Source: Auanema rhodensis
Taxonomy: Eukaryota > Animalia > Nematoda
Reading direction: 5' to 3'
DNA length: 64,000 nucleotides
Assembly (NCBI GenBank): GCA_964057225.1
Contig: OZ059896.1
Coordinates: forward strand, 17,608,001 to 17,672,000
Every line of letters begins with the position of its first letter. Positions within the stretch are counted from its first letter, which is position 1. The position numbers were made by a program, and so were the translations under genes. Of the stretch, positions 13,524-25,737 are shown piece by piece. The notes beneath the pieces are model-generated. The model worked only from the letters and a program-made list of their open reading frames with translations. It searched no databases and had not been told where the DNA came from.

Positions 13524-13688
13524 GTTCACTTCTCTTCTGATATTGATCTATAAAAATACTTCTAAACTAACATTAGCTCAATATGCTTATATAATATTCT
13601 ACAAAATATTTAATTACCTAAAGAAACAAAAAATGCTACAAACGCAATGTTTTTGCCCGGCAACTGAGATGGCTGTTCCGATGAAATA
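10571..13688 (-). CDS. MFS sugar porter / GLUT-like facilitated hexose transporter, multi-exon; 5' start uncertain (candidate ATGs at 13792 or 13802)
   Basis: Spliced minus-strand exons give sugar-porter motifs: GGGFNFGYQLLITNPAQEAF, DKFGRTRG, KESPG, IDRKGRRPLL, VGPAPISFF, LPETKGKTPEE, ending ...LLLEVRA* at 10571. Many short GT-AG introns. Confidence 0.85.
13466..13518. repeat. (TC)n microsatellite in a transporter intron
   Basis: Pure TC run. Confidence 0.95.
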
Positions 13689-14972
13689 CTAAATATAAAT
13701 AAATTAAATTCTTATACAATATTTATGTCATTTTTCATATATTATATTTAATAATTTTAAAATAAAATGTTTACTGAATTGGAAATTTTCATTTTTTTTC
13801 ATTTTATGATAGGAACATCGTTACATGTAACTCAAAGCATCTTATCGATAATTTGATAAGAAAAACACATGCAGATCAGCTAGTTACATGCTTTAAGCAA
13901 TTTGATTGAACATTTTGAAATAGAATAATGGATATGAAGATAAAAATTTTCATGAACCATACTTCAATGAAACAATGAAATTTACCTTTTTCCAAAAATC
14001 ACTTTATCTTTCATTGAGATTTTCTTTTGTTATCTGAATATGTTTAGTAGAAAGATAAACGAAACAGTCTCAAAAAAGCTCAAAATATCAAGTTGAATGA
14101 GAAAAGTTTGAACATCTTTGCTTTAGATCAATCAAGCAGCGGATTACACATTGTGGAAATGTTGTTGAAGATTGGTAAATATATTGAAAGAAACAACCAA
14201 AAAATTTCTGTCAAAAGGTGTCAGAAGGACAATCTTGAATTGAGAGAGGACGAAAGAAAAAGAGAAAATGAGGGATAAAAGATTTTGGGTTTAATGGCAA
14301 GATGTCACGTCAAAAGGTAAGATATGTTGAGTTCAGAAATGAAAAAGATGTCACAAGATTCGCTTTCTTTCTGACCTCTCTATCCTTTTCTCAAACTTAA
14401 TGGATGAGTTCAGTCCAAAGCTTTTTCCAATCTTCAATTTTTGTTCATCTTTAAGTAAATGAAGATCAGACAAAAGAGAAAAGGTTAATGAAATACGATT
14501 CTTGATAATAGAACTGTCTGTAGGCTGTATGTGTGTGCATGTGTATTGGAGTATCTTGTATCTTCTAACAGAATCCCCCCAATTCTCCATTACTATTTTC
14601 TTATGAACAATATCAAAAAGCATATATATTTCAACAAAGCTCATGATGTAACCCTTTATGTTCAAGTATAATCAATAGTATAACAATTAAGTCTTCAATA
14701 ACAAACAGTTCAACGATTTTAAAGATGAAAAAACTTCATTGTTGATACTACCGCAGAAGCATTTCTATATTACGTAGCTTCTTATTCAGACATACCCAAT
14801 AGAACAACTTTCTCAGGATATTTTCATAAAAGCCATACAATCACAATATGTTTTGATAATAATATCCTGTCTGTGATAGTATGAATGTAAAGAAGAATAA
14901 GGACGGGAGGAGATATTACAGAGATCACTAAATAGATATGTGAAAAGAAAAAAAAGAGAAATAGATTGAAAG

Positions 14973-14975
<3 letters not shown>

Positions 14976-15033
<58 letters not shown>

Positions 15034-15098
15034 CGAGAAAGATAGAGAGAGTAAGAGAGAGAAAGAGAGAGAGAGAGAGATAGAGAGATAGAGAGAGA
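14976..15098. repeat. (AG)n microsatellite, poly-G and degenerate AG tract
   Basis: Direct inspection. Confidence 0.9.
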
Positions 15099-15568
15099 GC
15101 TGCAGTAGAAATAGAGATAGGTAAATGAAAAAAAGAATAAGTCAACTAAAATATAATTATGTATATTCGAGTGAAATAACTGAGTTTCACGAACTACATA
15201 CACAAGTACAATACGTGATGATTGTAAAGAAATGAAATAAGAAAACAGATTTTTCATAAATTTTTGTATTTCAATCCAGAATTATATGATATAATCTTTG
15301 GCTTAATATGAATATTTAATAAGATCTATAGATATGTATTTAAGTATATCTAAACATTAGGAAACATTACATTATTAAAAAAAATTATATACATATATAT
15401 CATTATCTGTTATACATATATAAATATAAATATAAATACATACATACATATTCATATTAATCTATATTTAATGAAATATTCAGATTATTACTTATAATAG
15501 AATACATAGAACTATTTTATTATTAATTTAATATAGTAAGTAGTGGCTTCTTCTTCATGCTATATGCT

Positions 15569-18121
15569 TTAAACATTAGTTGTAGTTCGACCATGCGGAG
15601 GTCCCACTGTCCAATCACGTGTTATATTGTTAAAATAGATATTTCTTTCTTCTTCCTGAAGATAAAAAAAGAAAGATAAAAGATGCTATTTGAGAAAAGT
15701 AATATCATTCAAGAACTTAGCCAATATTCAATTCTACTTTTTTCTTTTTTTACTAGCAAATAGAAAGCTTCTTCTTCATGTTTTAATTATTTGCTTCTTT
15801 TACAAAAGGTCATCCTTCTTTTGCTTTTGGAAAATCGAACAAGAAGCTCAGTGTGCAAGAAATAAAGAAAGAAAGACAGAGAGAGAGAGAAAGAAAGAAA
15901 GACAGACAGAGAGAGAGAAAGACAGAGAGAGACAGAGACAAAGAGAATAAAAGTAAAAGATATATTATAAACTATTACTTTTGTTTTAATTAAGTTATGC
16001 CCATATCGATCACGTATTGGTTTTTTAGATAAATCAGCATCCACGGAAACGTTTTTACCGAAAACCTTAAAATATTTAATTAAAATAAATAATTATTAGT
16101 TATATTTTACTCGTTTAAGACTTTTCTTAGTTTCTTCAGCACATGTTGGATCCTGGCAATGTATAAGAAATGGCACTGTTAAACCATAACTGAAATTGAA
16201 AAATCAGTTTGAAACTGTAAGTCATATAATTAAATATATTCTATTATAATCCATATGTACAAAGAATAATAAGAATGGTATATATATATATATCATTATA
16301 GTCATTTTAGTACTATTTTAAATTATGGCCTCATAGATTATAATAATATAGTTAATACATGATTATAATACAAAATATCAAACAGATGTTATGAGATTGT
16401 AAATGCTTCATCGAATACATTTTGAATGTTCTATTGAAATACCTGATGCAAGCATAGTTAAATCCCATCTGCATCCAATTCTTCAAGTTGGCATTTTGTG
16501 ATATTAGTTCTGCACTTATTAAGAAGCCGCATAATACACTGAAGATTGTAATACAGATGATAACTTTCTTGAAGAACTGAAATAAGAAGAATATATAAAA
16601 CTATATAGTAATTAACTATATGAAATAGTTAGTTTTATATAGTATTTATATCAAATAGTAATTGAAGAATAAGCTAAACTTACAATAACAGTTTTAATAT
16701 TTTCAACTATTTGATATCGTTGACTTAGTGAATATGGTGATTCTTCACAACTAATGCTTGAAAATATTTTATTATATTGTTTATTATTATAATATCCAAG
16801 ATAAACACAAATCTATAAATATGTGTTATTAATAAAATTTAATTCAATTTGTAGTTTTGAAATATAAAAAAAATATATTAAAAACTTACAAGGAATGCTG
16901 TGATATTAGAGACAAATAAAGAGATGATATGATACCATAATGATAGTAATTCTGAAAAAAAATAATATTATAAATATTAGAATAAGAGAATATGAATAAT
17001 TATATTTTTAAAAAAATACCTAAAATGAATACAATTGAAGAGCACACTGACCATAACAACATAATAAGAGTTATAGCATATCCAATATGTAGTCGATGTT
17101 TTCTTTCATAATCCTATAATATTATTATAGATTTAAAATAATAATATATATTTTAAGAAAAATAATCTCTTCCTTTTGTTTTAATTTATAAGAAATTTTA
17201 GAATTATCCAATCAAATATAAATACTTATAAGCATGCATCACTTATGTAATGTGTTATACATATATGTGACTAAAAGGTTAATCTTTTTTTTTTTTTTGA
17301 ATAAGTTTTAACAAAAAAAATTTTATGATAAAGCTTAAAATATAAAATTAAAATATTACATTCATATAGTATGTTGCCCATAATCTTTCAATTGTAATAA
17401 ATAAAGCGAAATACAATGCAATAAAGAGTAAACAGTTACGGATGAAGCTGGCTATTGAAAATACAATATCATTAGAAAGATGTTCTAAAATGTTAAATAT
17501 TTTTTTTGAAATTGATTAAAAAAATAAAACAAACCATCAGTGAGATCGATCATTTTATATATTTGAATTAATCGAGCAAACATTTGAACAAAATATTGTA
17601 GATAAAGATTTTTTAATAGTAATACCAAATTAGGATGATAATTAAGTGTTACTATAAAATATATTGACATTCCATCGATAATATAGCTAAAAAATATATT
17701 GAAATACTTATAATAGTTTATATAAATATCAAACACAACAACACAACTATAATTTAACTATTTACATTTATAACAACATATAATCAAATGTCTAAAAAAA
17801 ACAGTTTTAACGTTCTTTTCGTAAATTTCGAATTTAATATTTATTCAAATTGAAATTTGAATTTAAGATAAATGCTCAAAGCTCAAGTTGAAGTTTCTTT
17901 TCGAGCAAGATATCTAAGATTGATTGAAACTGCTTTTTCACATATGCATACACTATTCTAAAAAAAACATTGAATAAATACCTTAAACATATAAAAAATG
18001 TTTCTACAAACAATAGAATATTGAAGATTTCTACAGTATGATTATCAGCTGAAGCTGTTCCATTGATTAAGGATATATAACGCATAGTAGTTACGATGTT
18101 TGTACTAAATAAAGATTGCAT
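15569..18121 (-). CDS. Nematode serpentine chemoreceptor (7TM GPCR, Sra superfamily, Sre-like), multi-exon; start at 18121 or 18085
   Basis: Spliced exons give YHPNLVLLLKNLYLQYF, ITIERLWATYY, DYEKKRRLHIG, YSLSQRYQIVENIK and C-terminal IYFNNITRDW...TTNV*. These motifs are typical of Sra/Sre-class receptors. The exon 1 (to 17982) / exon 2 (from 17686) junction is in phase. Confidence 0.8.
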
Positions 18122-19938
18122 TCTTAAACTTTTTTTTCGAGAATAATTGGATGAATATAACGATGACGATGCCAACGGCGACGACGACAACTGCGTTTAG
18201 AAGGACTGAAAGAGAAGGAAGGAGAGAAGGAGGAGAAAGAGACATGGAGAGAGAAACAATGAATTTGCATTAAATATACAATACATTTCTGAGATCAAAT
18301 ATCAAAGTTATAATAGTTAATTCATTTGATCAAAAAAACGGAGATATGCGTTGTGATTAGGAGTTCATGATAAGCAACTTGTTAATTATATTTACACTAT
18401 TCATATAAAAACTTAAATAATTTATAAAATGTAATGAAACAATGAAACAATTAAGATCTTCATCAATTGTATTGTTTTTGTCTTTCACCAAAAGCTATAA
18501 ACAAAATATTTTAATAATTTTTGATAGAAAATACATAAAATTGGAATAAAATACAAAAAGATAGTCTATGTTTAACTATTTGTATAGCTAAATATTTTAT
18601 ATTTTCATAATTAATATCAAATGTACATCTCTAATATTATCTATATTGGATCATAAACATTATATTGATATGAAATTGACTTTAGAAAACAACAAGAACA
18701 GTAAATTACAATTTATTTCTGTAGATTTCAATTGAATATTAAGATAAATTATATATTATATGTATATAATAATATTATTTATTATAGTTTATTTTACATA
18801 TATAAGATGTATATACTTACACATACTCTTTACAATACATTGATAAAGCATGATAACACATTACATCTTCCCTCAATGTTGTATTTTATCAGAATAGATC
18901 TACCTTGTTAACTGTTTTCGAATTTTTTTTTTTTTGACAAATTGTCGATTTTTCTTTCGAAAGTTAACTTACTACTACAATTTTAAATTTTAGAACTCTC
19001 ACGAACTTAAATTAATTTTTTTATAAATTTGTACACATATTGATAATGAAATAAAATAGAATAAACTACATATGTATTCATATCCATATATATTATATTT
19101 GAATGAAAATTACAAATATTGAAGGCATGATATGAAAAAGAAAATTGAGAAAAATGCTGTACTTTTTACATATAAATACATGAAAGTTTCATTTATGCTC
19201 TAGGGAATACATAAAAGTTTGAAAGATGCTACTCTTATATCTTTACTTGCTTGATTATTATAAACTAATAGAAATCATCTATAAATAGATATATAATATA
19301 TATACAATATAATATATAATATATAGTAATAACTTGTATTTTAATTCAATTTAAAATCTATCGAAAGAATCTATCAACTAAACCAATTTTCATGTGATTC
19401 TCATTCTCGATGGTAAATCAGCTCTTAGTTGTTTTCAAAAAAAATTTTTTTTTGAGAAAATCACTGATCATTTTAATAGAACTTTAATGCATTCAAGGAT
19501 GAACTAAGTTGAATTATAGCAAGTATATAGCCGAAAAGTACTAGAAATGAGGTAAAAACGAAGTTATGTTACTCTCGTTATGGTGGTAACAAGCAGCTGA
19601 AGCGGATCACAAAACGAAGAAGAAGAATAAGAAAAATATGGCAAAAAGTCTAAGCATATGAGAGGAAGAGGGGGGGGGGAGCAAGAAGGAACAACACGGT
19701 AAGCTTCAAAAGATATTTTATATCATATTCCTTGTCCATTTAATTGTCCATTTCTTCAAATATGGAAGGAAGGGATTTGTAAAGAGATTTGAATAGATGA
19801 TTTAGGAAAATGCGAAAAAAATTTTCCAAAATAAACAAGATTGGAAAAGAAAAAAAGAACATCAAACATATGTCCGACAACGAAAGTTAACAAAAGAAAT
19901 TTTCATTTCTTGAATAAGTGATTTATTTTATTAATTGT

Positions 19939-19979
<41 letters not shown>

Positions 19980-20291
19980 TAATATATTTTATATTATTAA
20001 ATATGAATAAACAAATAGATATATATGTACATATATATGAAAACATATATAAATAAGAATCTTCAGAAATTCAGAACAATTTTCACTCTATTTTTCGGAG
20101 AAAAATGGTGGGAAAATGAAAAAAACCTTCTTGCTTGCTGCAGAATATTCAAACTGATTATTGAATATGTACCATAAAATTTAAAAACATCAAAAGGAAT
20201 TTTATTTTTGTAGTTTAATGATATGTTTTGTTGAAAGTAGATGGATAATGAAACATTGATTGTCATATAAATATTTTAATAGTTCGATAAA

Positions 20292-20294
<3 letters not shown>

Positions 20295-20342
<48 letters not shown>
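20295..20342. repeat. (TC)n microsatellite
   Basis: Pure TC run. Confidence 0.95.
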
Positions 20343-20345
<3 letters not shown>

Positions 20346-21111
20346 TTCTTTTTACAAGAAAAAAATTAAATGGCATTAGCTTGAGAAGATAGTTTCGTTA
20401 TATGAAAGTTGGGGCAGATATAGAAGAACTGATGAAGATGGGAGGCGACAAGGCTAAATGAAATAAAGAGACGGGCAACATAGGAAAGCTTAAAAGTTGA
20501 AACAATTAAGAAAAGTATTATATGTACGAACATATACTAGTTAAGAAAAATGTTTTGATGATGAAATACAATATCATGTTGAAATATTTGAATACAAGAT
20601 AACTATATATGTATAATTAGACAAATAATTAGCAATTATCTTTGAAATTTACATTACTAGAGACATATATATATATATATATATAGATATAGATATATAT
20701 ATTAATAAGTTATTTTGAATATTCTAATATATAATTTTACATGTTATAGTCCAATTAACGAATAATCTTAATTCAACTACTTATATCATAAACCATGACA
20801 TCATCATGACATGACAAATGCTACGAAATCATTTTGCTTGTATCTTTGATCAAATTTACATAACCTTTTTTCATTTATATACTACTTTGTACAATTTTAA
20901 ATAAGTTATGTAACATATAGATTTTATATTTTATATTTCTTCAAAACCTTTATACTATTTTACTACTTGTTTCTCTGTTTTCATTTGTTCCCTTACAGTA
21001 TGAATGCGGGTTATAAGTAAGGTATAGAGAGTTCAAACAACTTAGTACAAAAGTATTTCCGATTAAATGATTTTTATAATATTTTATCTTTTTCTCTCTC
21101 CCTCTCTCACC

Positions 21112-21666
21112 TGTACCAGTGTTTCTCAATGTGTTTATTCATATAAAAAAATATTTTCTAATAATTATTAAAGAAAAATATTAATTTAGTACTATATTTC
21201 TAATAAAATATTATAAAATAGAATAAACATAATCTTAAAACGATACGATTTGCGATCAAAAAATCGAAGTTCAAGCTCCGCCCCATCCTGGTTTTATTAT
21301 ATAAAACGGACAGTTTGCTTTTAATCGCTTCAAAACCCCGAGTTTTCGGAACTCTTTCTATATTCTTTCTTCAAAAATCATTTGAACAACATGCACCAAG
21401 GAGTTGCCCGTCTAAATAAGCGGAAGGTGACCTTCTGTGAAAATTCTGAAAATCAAACAAAACGAAAGGAGCGAGCACCAAAGTTTTATGGTGAGTCCAT
21501 CTATCTATCTTTCCCTCTCTCTTTCTCTCTATTTCTTCCAATTACTTATTTGAATTTACTTTTCAGAACCTTTTCGGCCACGTCAGTTACAAGCTTTGTC
21601 TTCCTTTGATTTAACCCTTGAAACTGTGTTTGAGGAAGAATTTTCTGAAAAAAATGAGAATTCATC
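21112..21666 (+). repeat. Left arm of a 555-bp inverted repeat
   Basis: Reverse complement of 25462-26016. Coordinate sums at both ends equal 47128 (no net indel), and ORFs 21382..21609(+) and 25519..25746(-) translate identically. Confidence 0.97.
21276..21306 (+). promoter_or_regulatory. GC box (CTCCGCCCC) plus TATA box (TATATAAAA) upstream of microprotein copy A
   Basis: CTCCGCCCC at 21276-21284 and TATATAAAA at 21298-21306, ~85 nt before the ATG; typical Pol II core promoter spacing. Confidence 0.6.
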
Positions 21667-21676
21667 CAATGCTTAG
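21391..21676 (+). CDS. Putative 69-aa two-exon microprotein, copy A (exons 21391-21490, 21567-21676), with RVxF- and LxxIxE-type motifs
   Basis: aacaacATG start, G|GTGAGT donor, pyrimidine-rich 76-nt intron, TTTTCAG acceptor; the frame stays open after splicing: MHQGVARLNKRKVTFCENSENQTKRKERAPKFYEPFRPRQLQALSSFDLTLETVFEEEFSEKNENSSNA*. GC box and TATA lie upstream. Confidence 0.65.
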
Positions 21677-22304
21677 TTAGAATTTGTAACTAAATAGCAA
21701 AAGGTATTGTCTTTGTAGCCTTTAACAAATAAGAAAACATATTTCTTGCTTTAGAAGTCGGTTAAACAATTTTTTTTGTTGTTGCTTCATGATTTCAACA
21801 TGTTGTTGCTGCTGCTACTGCTGGCTAAAGGAAGTATTTATCAGAAATACAAAGCCTATGGAAGTGCCAAAAACACGAAAGACACATCATTCTCTTTGCT
21901 CATTTCTTATACGTATATATATCTATATATATATATGTGTGTATGTTAAGTACATATAATTCTATTGTCATTTCCTTCATCTCATTATGTGTAGTGTTAT
22001 TGCTGAGCTTGTCCTGGCAAAATCGAAAGAATGTGTATTCTATGAATTACATATAGAAAATCAGTGAAAAAAATCGAAAAAATGCATTTTCACCCCCCAC
22101 TGATCATCATATTTGGGACATATATTTTGAAATAAAGACATCATATCTCACGTATTTTATGAATGTTAGTCATCATTTTTGTATAATTGAAACCAGTTTG
22201 TACATATATAGTTTGAAATATCTATGAAAAGATTATAAACCTTCAAATAATTTTTTTACTGTGTAAAAGAGCAAAACAAAGGGTAGAAAGAGAAAGAGAG
22301 AGAA

Positions 22305-22359
<55 letters not shown>

Positions 22360-25300
22360 GAGAAATGATGATAATGATGATGATAAAACCGTATGCTAAT
22401 AAACAAAAAGAAGCAAAAATATGAATATATAATACATAAATCTGATGCTTGCAAGAATATTTTTAAAGAAATAACAACACAAAATAGTATAAGATACTGT
22501 TGAATTGAATAATTAAGTAAATTAAAAGAGCTAATACTCCAATAAACCATATCATTATCATTATTAATTTTTAATTTTAATCATTTCTAAGAACTTGTAC
22601 AATATCTATCGACAATTATTCATAAATCTTCTGGAGTTCTTACAATTACAAGATTTTTTGAATAATATTTACAATATATAGATATAATATAGTATTTATA
22701 TAGTTTATATCATATAACTAATCAATTAAAATATATGTAAATAATTTTCATTTTTCGTTTAAAGTATGACTATGACTATGAGAGTAGTTGAATGAATATG
22801 TAATGTTGACATTTATGTTCAAATGTCCAGTTAAAAGTTGTATGAACTTATACAACATTTTATCTTTAATTTTTCAACTTTCATCAATATTACATACAAA
22901 ATATTTTAAAAATTAAAGGTAATGTTAATTAAATGAAAGAAATGAATTGAAATAAAATGTTGTTAAAATCAAAATTGATACGTAGTTAATTACATATGTA
23001 TGTTTATAAGTATTTATTATTATTATATTATATTTAATTTCTTTCTAAATATATACTATATGTATTATATATTTATATAATATTTATTCAAATTATAAAT
23101 ATATTATATAGTTTAAAACGTAAACTGGTAAATAATTGTTATAAAACGTTTCATATATATACTTATAATATTATATTAATACATATTGTTTATTGAATAA
23201 ATATATGAAATATATATTTTTTGTTGTATATAAATTATATTTACTATTATTATATAAAAGATGAAAATTAAAATATTGTAATATAATGGATTATTTATCA
23301 ACATATTCAATATTTATGTTTCAAAATATGATATAAAAGGACAATTTATATCAATATTTGAAATTTCAAACTTCTGAACTTTATGAAATCTGATGAAATA
23401 CTAGTGTGAACAGAAGCGAATGACCAACAAACAAATACATTATACAAGTTTTTTCCAAAATATTATAGAATATTTTCCAGAATATAAATATTTTTTTCAT
23501 CATCATCATCATATAATAATACTTACTTTTGCTATTAACAGATTATTATTCTTTAAAAATCATTCTAATGTATGAGAAAGAAATGCCAAAGTAAACAGAA
23601 GACGAGGAAATTCTGCTACCAAAAAAATTCTCTACCATGTTGACTTGTGTCTTCTGTACTTTTGACAGTTTTTTTAATATTTTCATCCCTTACGTATTAT
23701 CTTCGTCATTATTTCAAATGATAACTAAATATTTATCAATATTTGAAACAAATAGATAGTTAACTAGTATAGTACCTTCATTGAAAATACATTCAATTTT
23801 ATACTTTTAACAACAAAAAAATTATTTTGAATCAGTAAAGTATTATATTATTAGTAAAATAATAATAATAAACTTTTTTTTTCGGCTGACGTGGGTATAG
23901 TAGGTTAGTAGAGTGTATGAGAAACGTAATGAAAAGGTAGAGACACAGTAGTACAGGTATGAACGAGGGATGTTACGATAAAACAAAAAACCTGCAACAA
24001 GAAATAATAAACTTATTTTTTCTGTTAGTTGATGGAAAGAGAGAACAGAGAGGGGGAATACCGGTAATTTGGGTAATATATCAAGATTAAGTTCATCTGG
24101 TTTTTTAATCACGAAATGTTACACATTTGATCATATTAATGTGTGTATTTCGGAACTTTTGTAAATACTGGCTACCTACTTACATAGTGCTGCTAAGGTC
24201 GCGTTTGTTGCTGCTATAGCAGCTGATGCTGTTCACAAAAATTGGATATTAATCTTCTGAACTTAGTGGCCAAATATAAGAAAAAATGTATTTAACTGTT
24301 CGAACTCTATTTTAGAAAAAGAAGGAATAAGTAAACGAAATAAACTTTGGAATTCATACACTCTGATCGCTAGGCTGTTGCTCTTTTACAATTTTCTTGC
24401 AAACGGGGAGAAAAAGAAAAAGAGCAAATAAACGAATACAAAATACAGTGTGACATAATTGTATGGGAAAAAAATTGTTAAGAGCGGACTTTAATAAATT
24501 TTATTTTCTCTCTTTCCTTAAAACCTTTTTACACTATGTCTCCATTTTTTAATTATCTACCTTTTTTTCTCTCTCTCCCCTCCCCTCTCTCTCTGTATCA
24601 CTCTCTTTCAATGAGAATTCAAAGCCCATTCATTTGTGACTATCAAAATTCTCTTCCTCAGCCGTTTAAACGTTATATTTTTGCTCTCTCTTCTCCTTCT
24701 CTCGCACTCTTCTATGCATCTCTTTACATTTCGTCATTTGAAATCATTTTATGTCATTTTTTTCAATCAGCTATCCCCTCACATTCTGATCTTTGAAATA
24801 ACCGTACAACGAGACTTTAAAGTTTGAACCAATTTTGCGCTAAAACTAGATGGTCAGTTTAATTTTCATTATATGTATGTATGTCAAATGATACCAGTAA
24901 AACATTTTGAAAAGAGTAAGATGCGCTCAAACGGAAAATTGTAAAAAATTGACAAACGAAAAATATTACTGATTGGTTCCACTTGTCATCTTGATACTTT
25001 TACAAGGAACTATAGCAACCTTGCAACTTTTTCGGCAACAAAAGCACGAAACTTCAAAAATGTTACATGAAATTGAAGGAAAAGAAACAGACGATACTCG
25101 AAAAAATATATGTATGTATATATATCTGCATGATATGTATCTGCTATTTCATAGGAAAAATCAAGGTACACACAGTATAGACAAAGAGTTTACTTAAAAA
25201 TATTGAATACAATAAGCAATAGCGTGTTAGACTTCTGTTGTTCATACAGAATGTTGAATTGTGAAACTGATGATTCTTAGGCTTCCCGAAAAGACTGTCG

Positions 25301-25457
25301 ACGGAATGATGTTCGCATGAAATTACTCATTCTTTTCTTCCCTTCAGAAGCTTCTTTGAGAACTTATGACAAAAGACGCAAGTTTTCTACAAAAAAGACA
25401 CAAAATAAATGAAAAATTGTTGAGAAAACAAACCAAAATGCTCTAGCTGACTCCTCA

Positions 25458-25737
25458 CTAAGATGAATTCTCATTTTTTTCAGAAAATTCTTCCTCAAAC
25501 ACAGTTTCAAGGGTTAAATCAAAGGAAGACAAAGCTTGTAACTGACGTGGCCGAAAAGGTTCTGAAAAGTAAATTCAAATAAGTAATTGGAAGAAATAGA
25601 GAGAAAGAGAGAGGGAAAGATAGATAGATGGACTCACCATAAAACTTTGGTGCTCGCTCCTTTCGTTTTGTTTGATTTTCAGAATTTTCACAGAAGGTCA
25701 CCTTCCGCTTATTTAGACGGGCAACTCCTTGGTGCAT
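25458..25737 (-). CDS. Putative 67-aa two-exon microprotein, copy B (exons 25737-25638, 25561-25458)
   Basis: Same as copy A except that it ends ...EKNENSS* with TAG at 25460-25458, just outside the repeat arm. Confidence 0.65.

Noticed and set aside
21382-21609. Unspliced 75-aa ORF (and its twin 25519-25746) as listed in the ORF track
   Set aside because: It starts at TTG and its hydrophobic C-half is read-through of a canonical intron; the spliced model fits better.
25268-25292. CTGATGA...GAAA hammerhead-like core
   Set aside because: The intervening bases do not form stem II and flanking stems are missing.
21667-25461. Autonomous transposon between the inverted arms
   Set aside because: No transposase/DDE-like ORF or fragment seen; no 4-bp (outside TGT...ACA) or 8-bp (hAT-type) target-site duplication.
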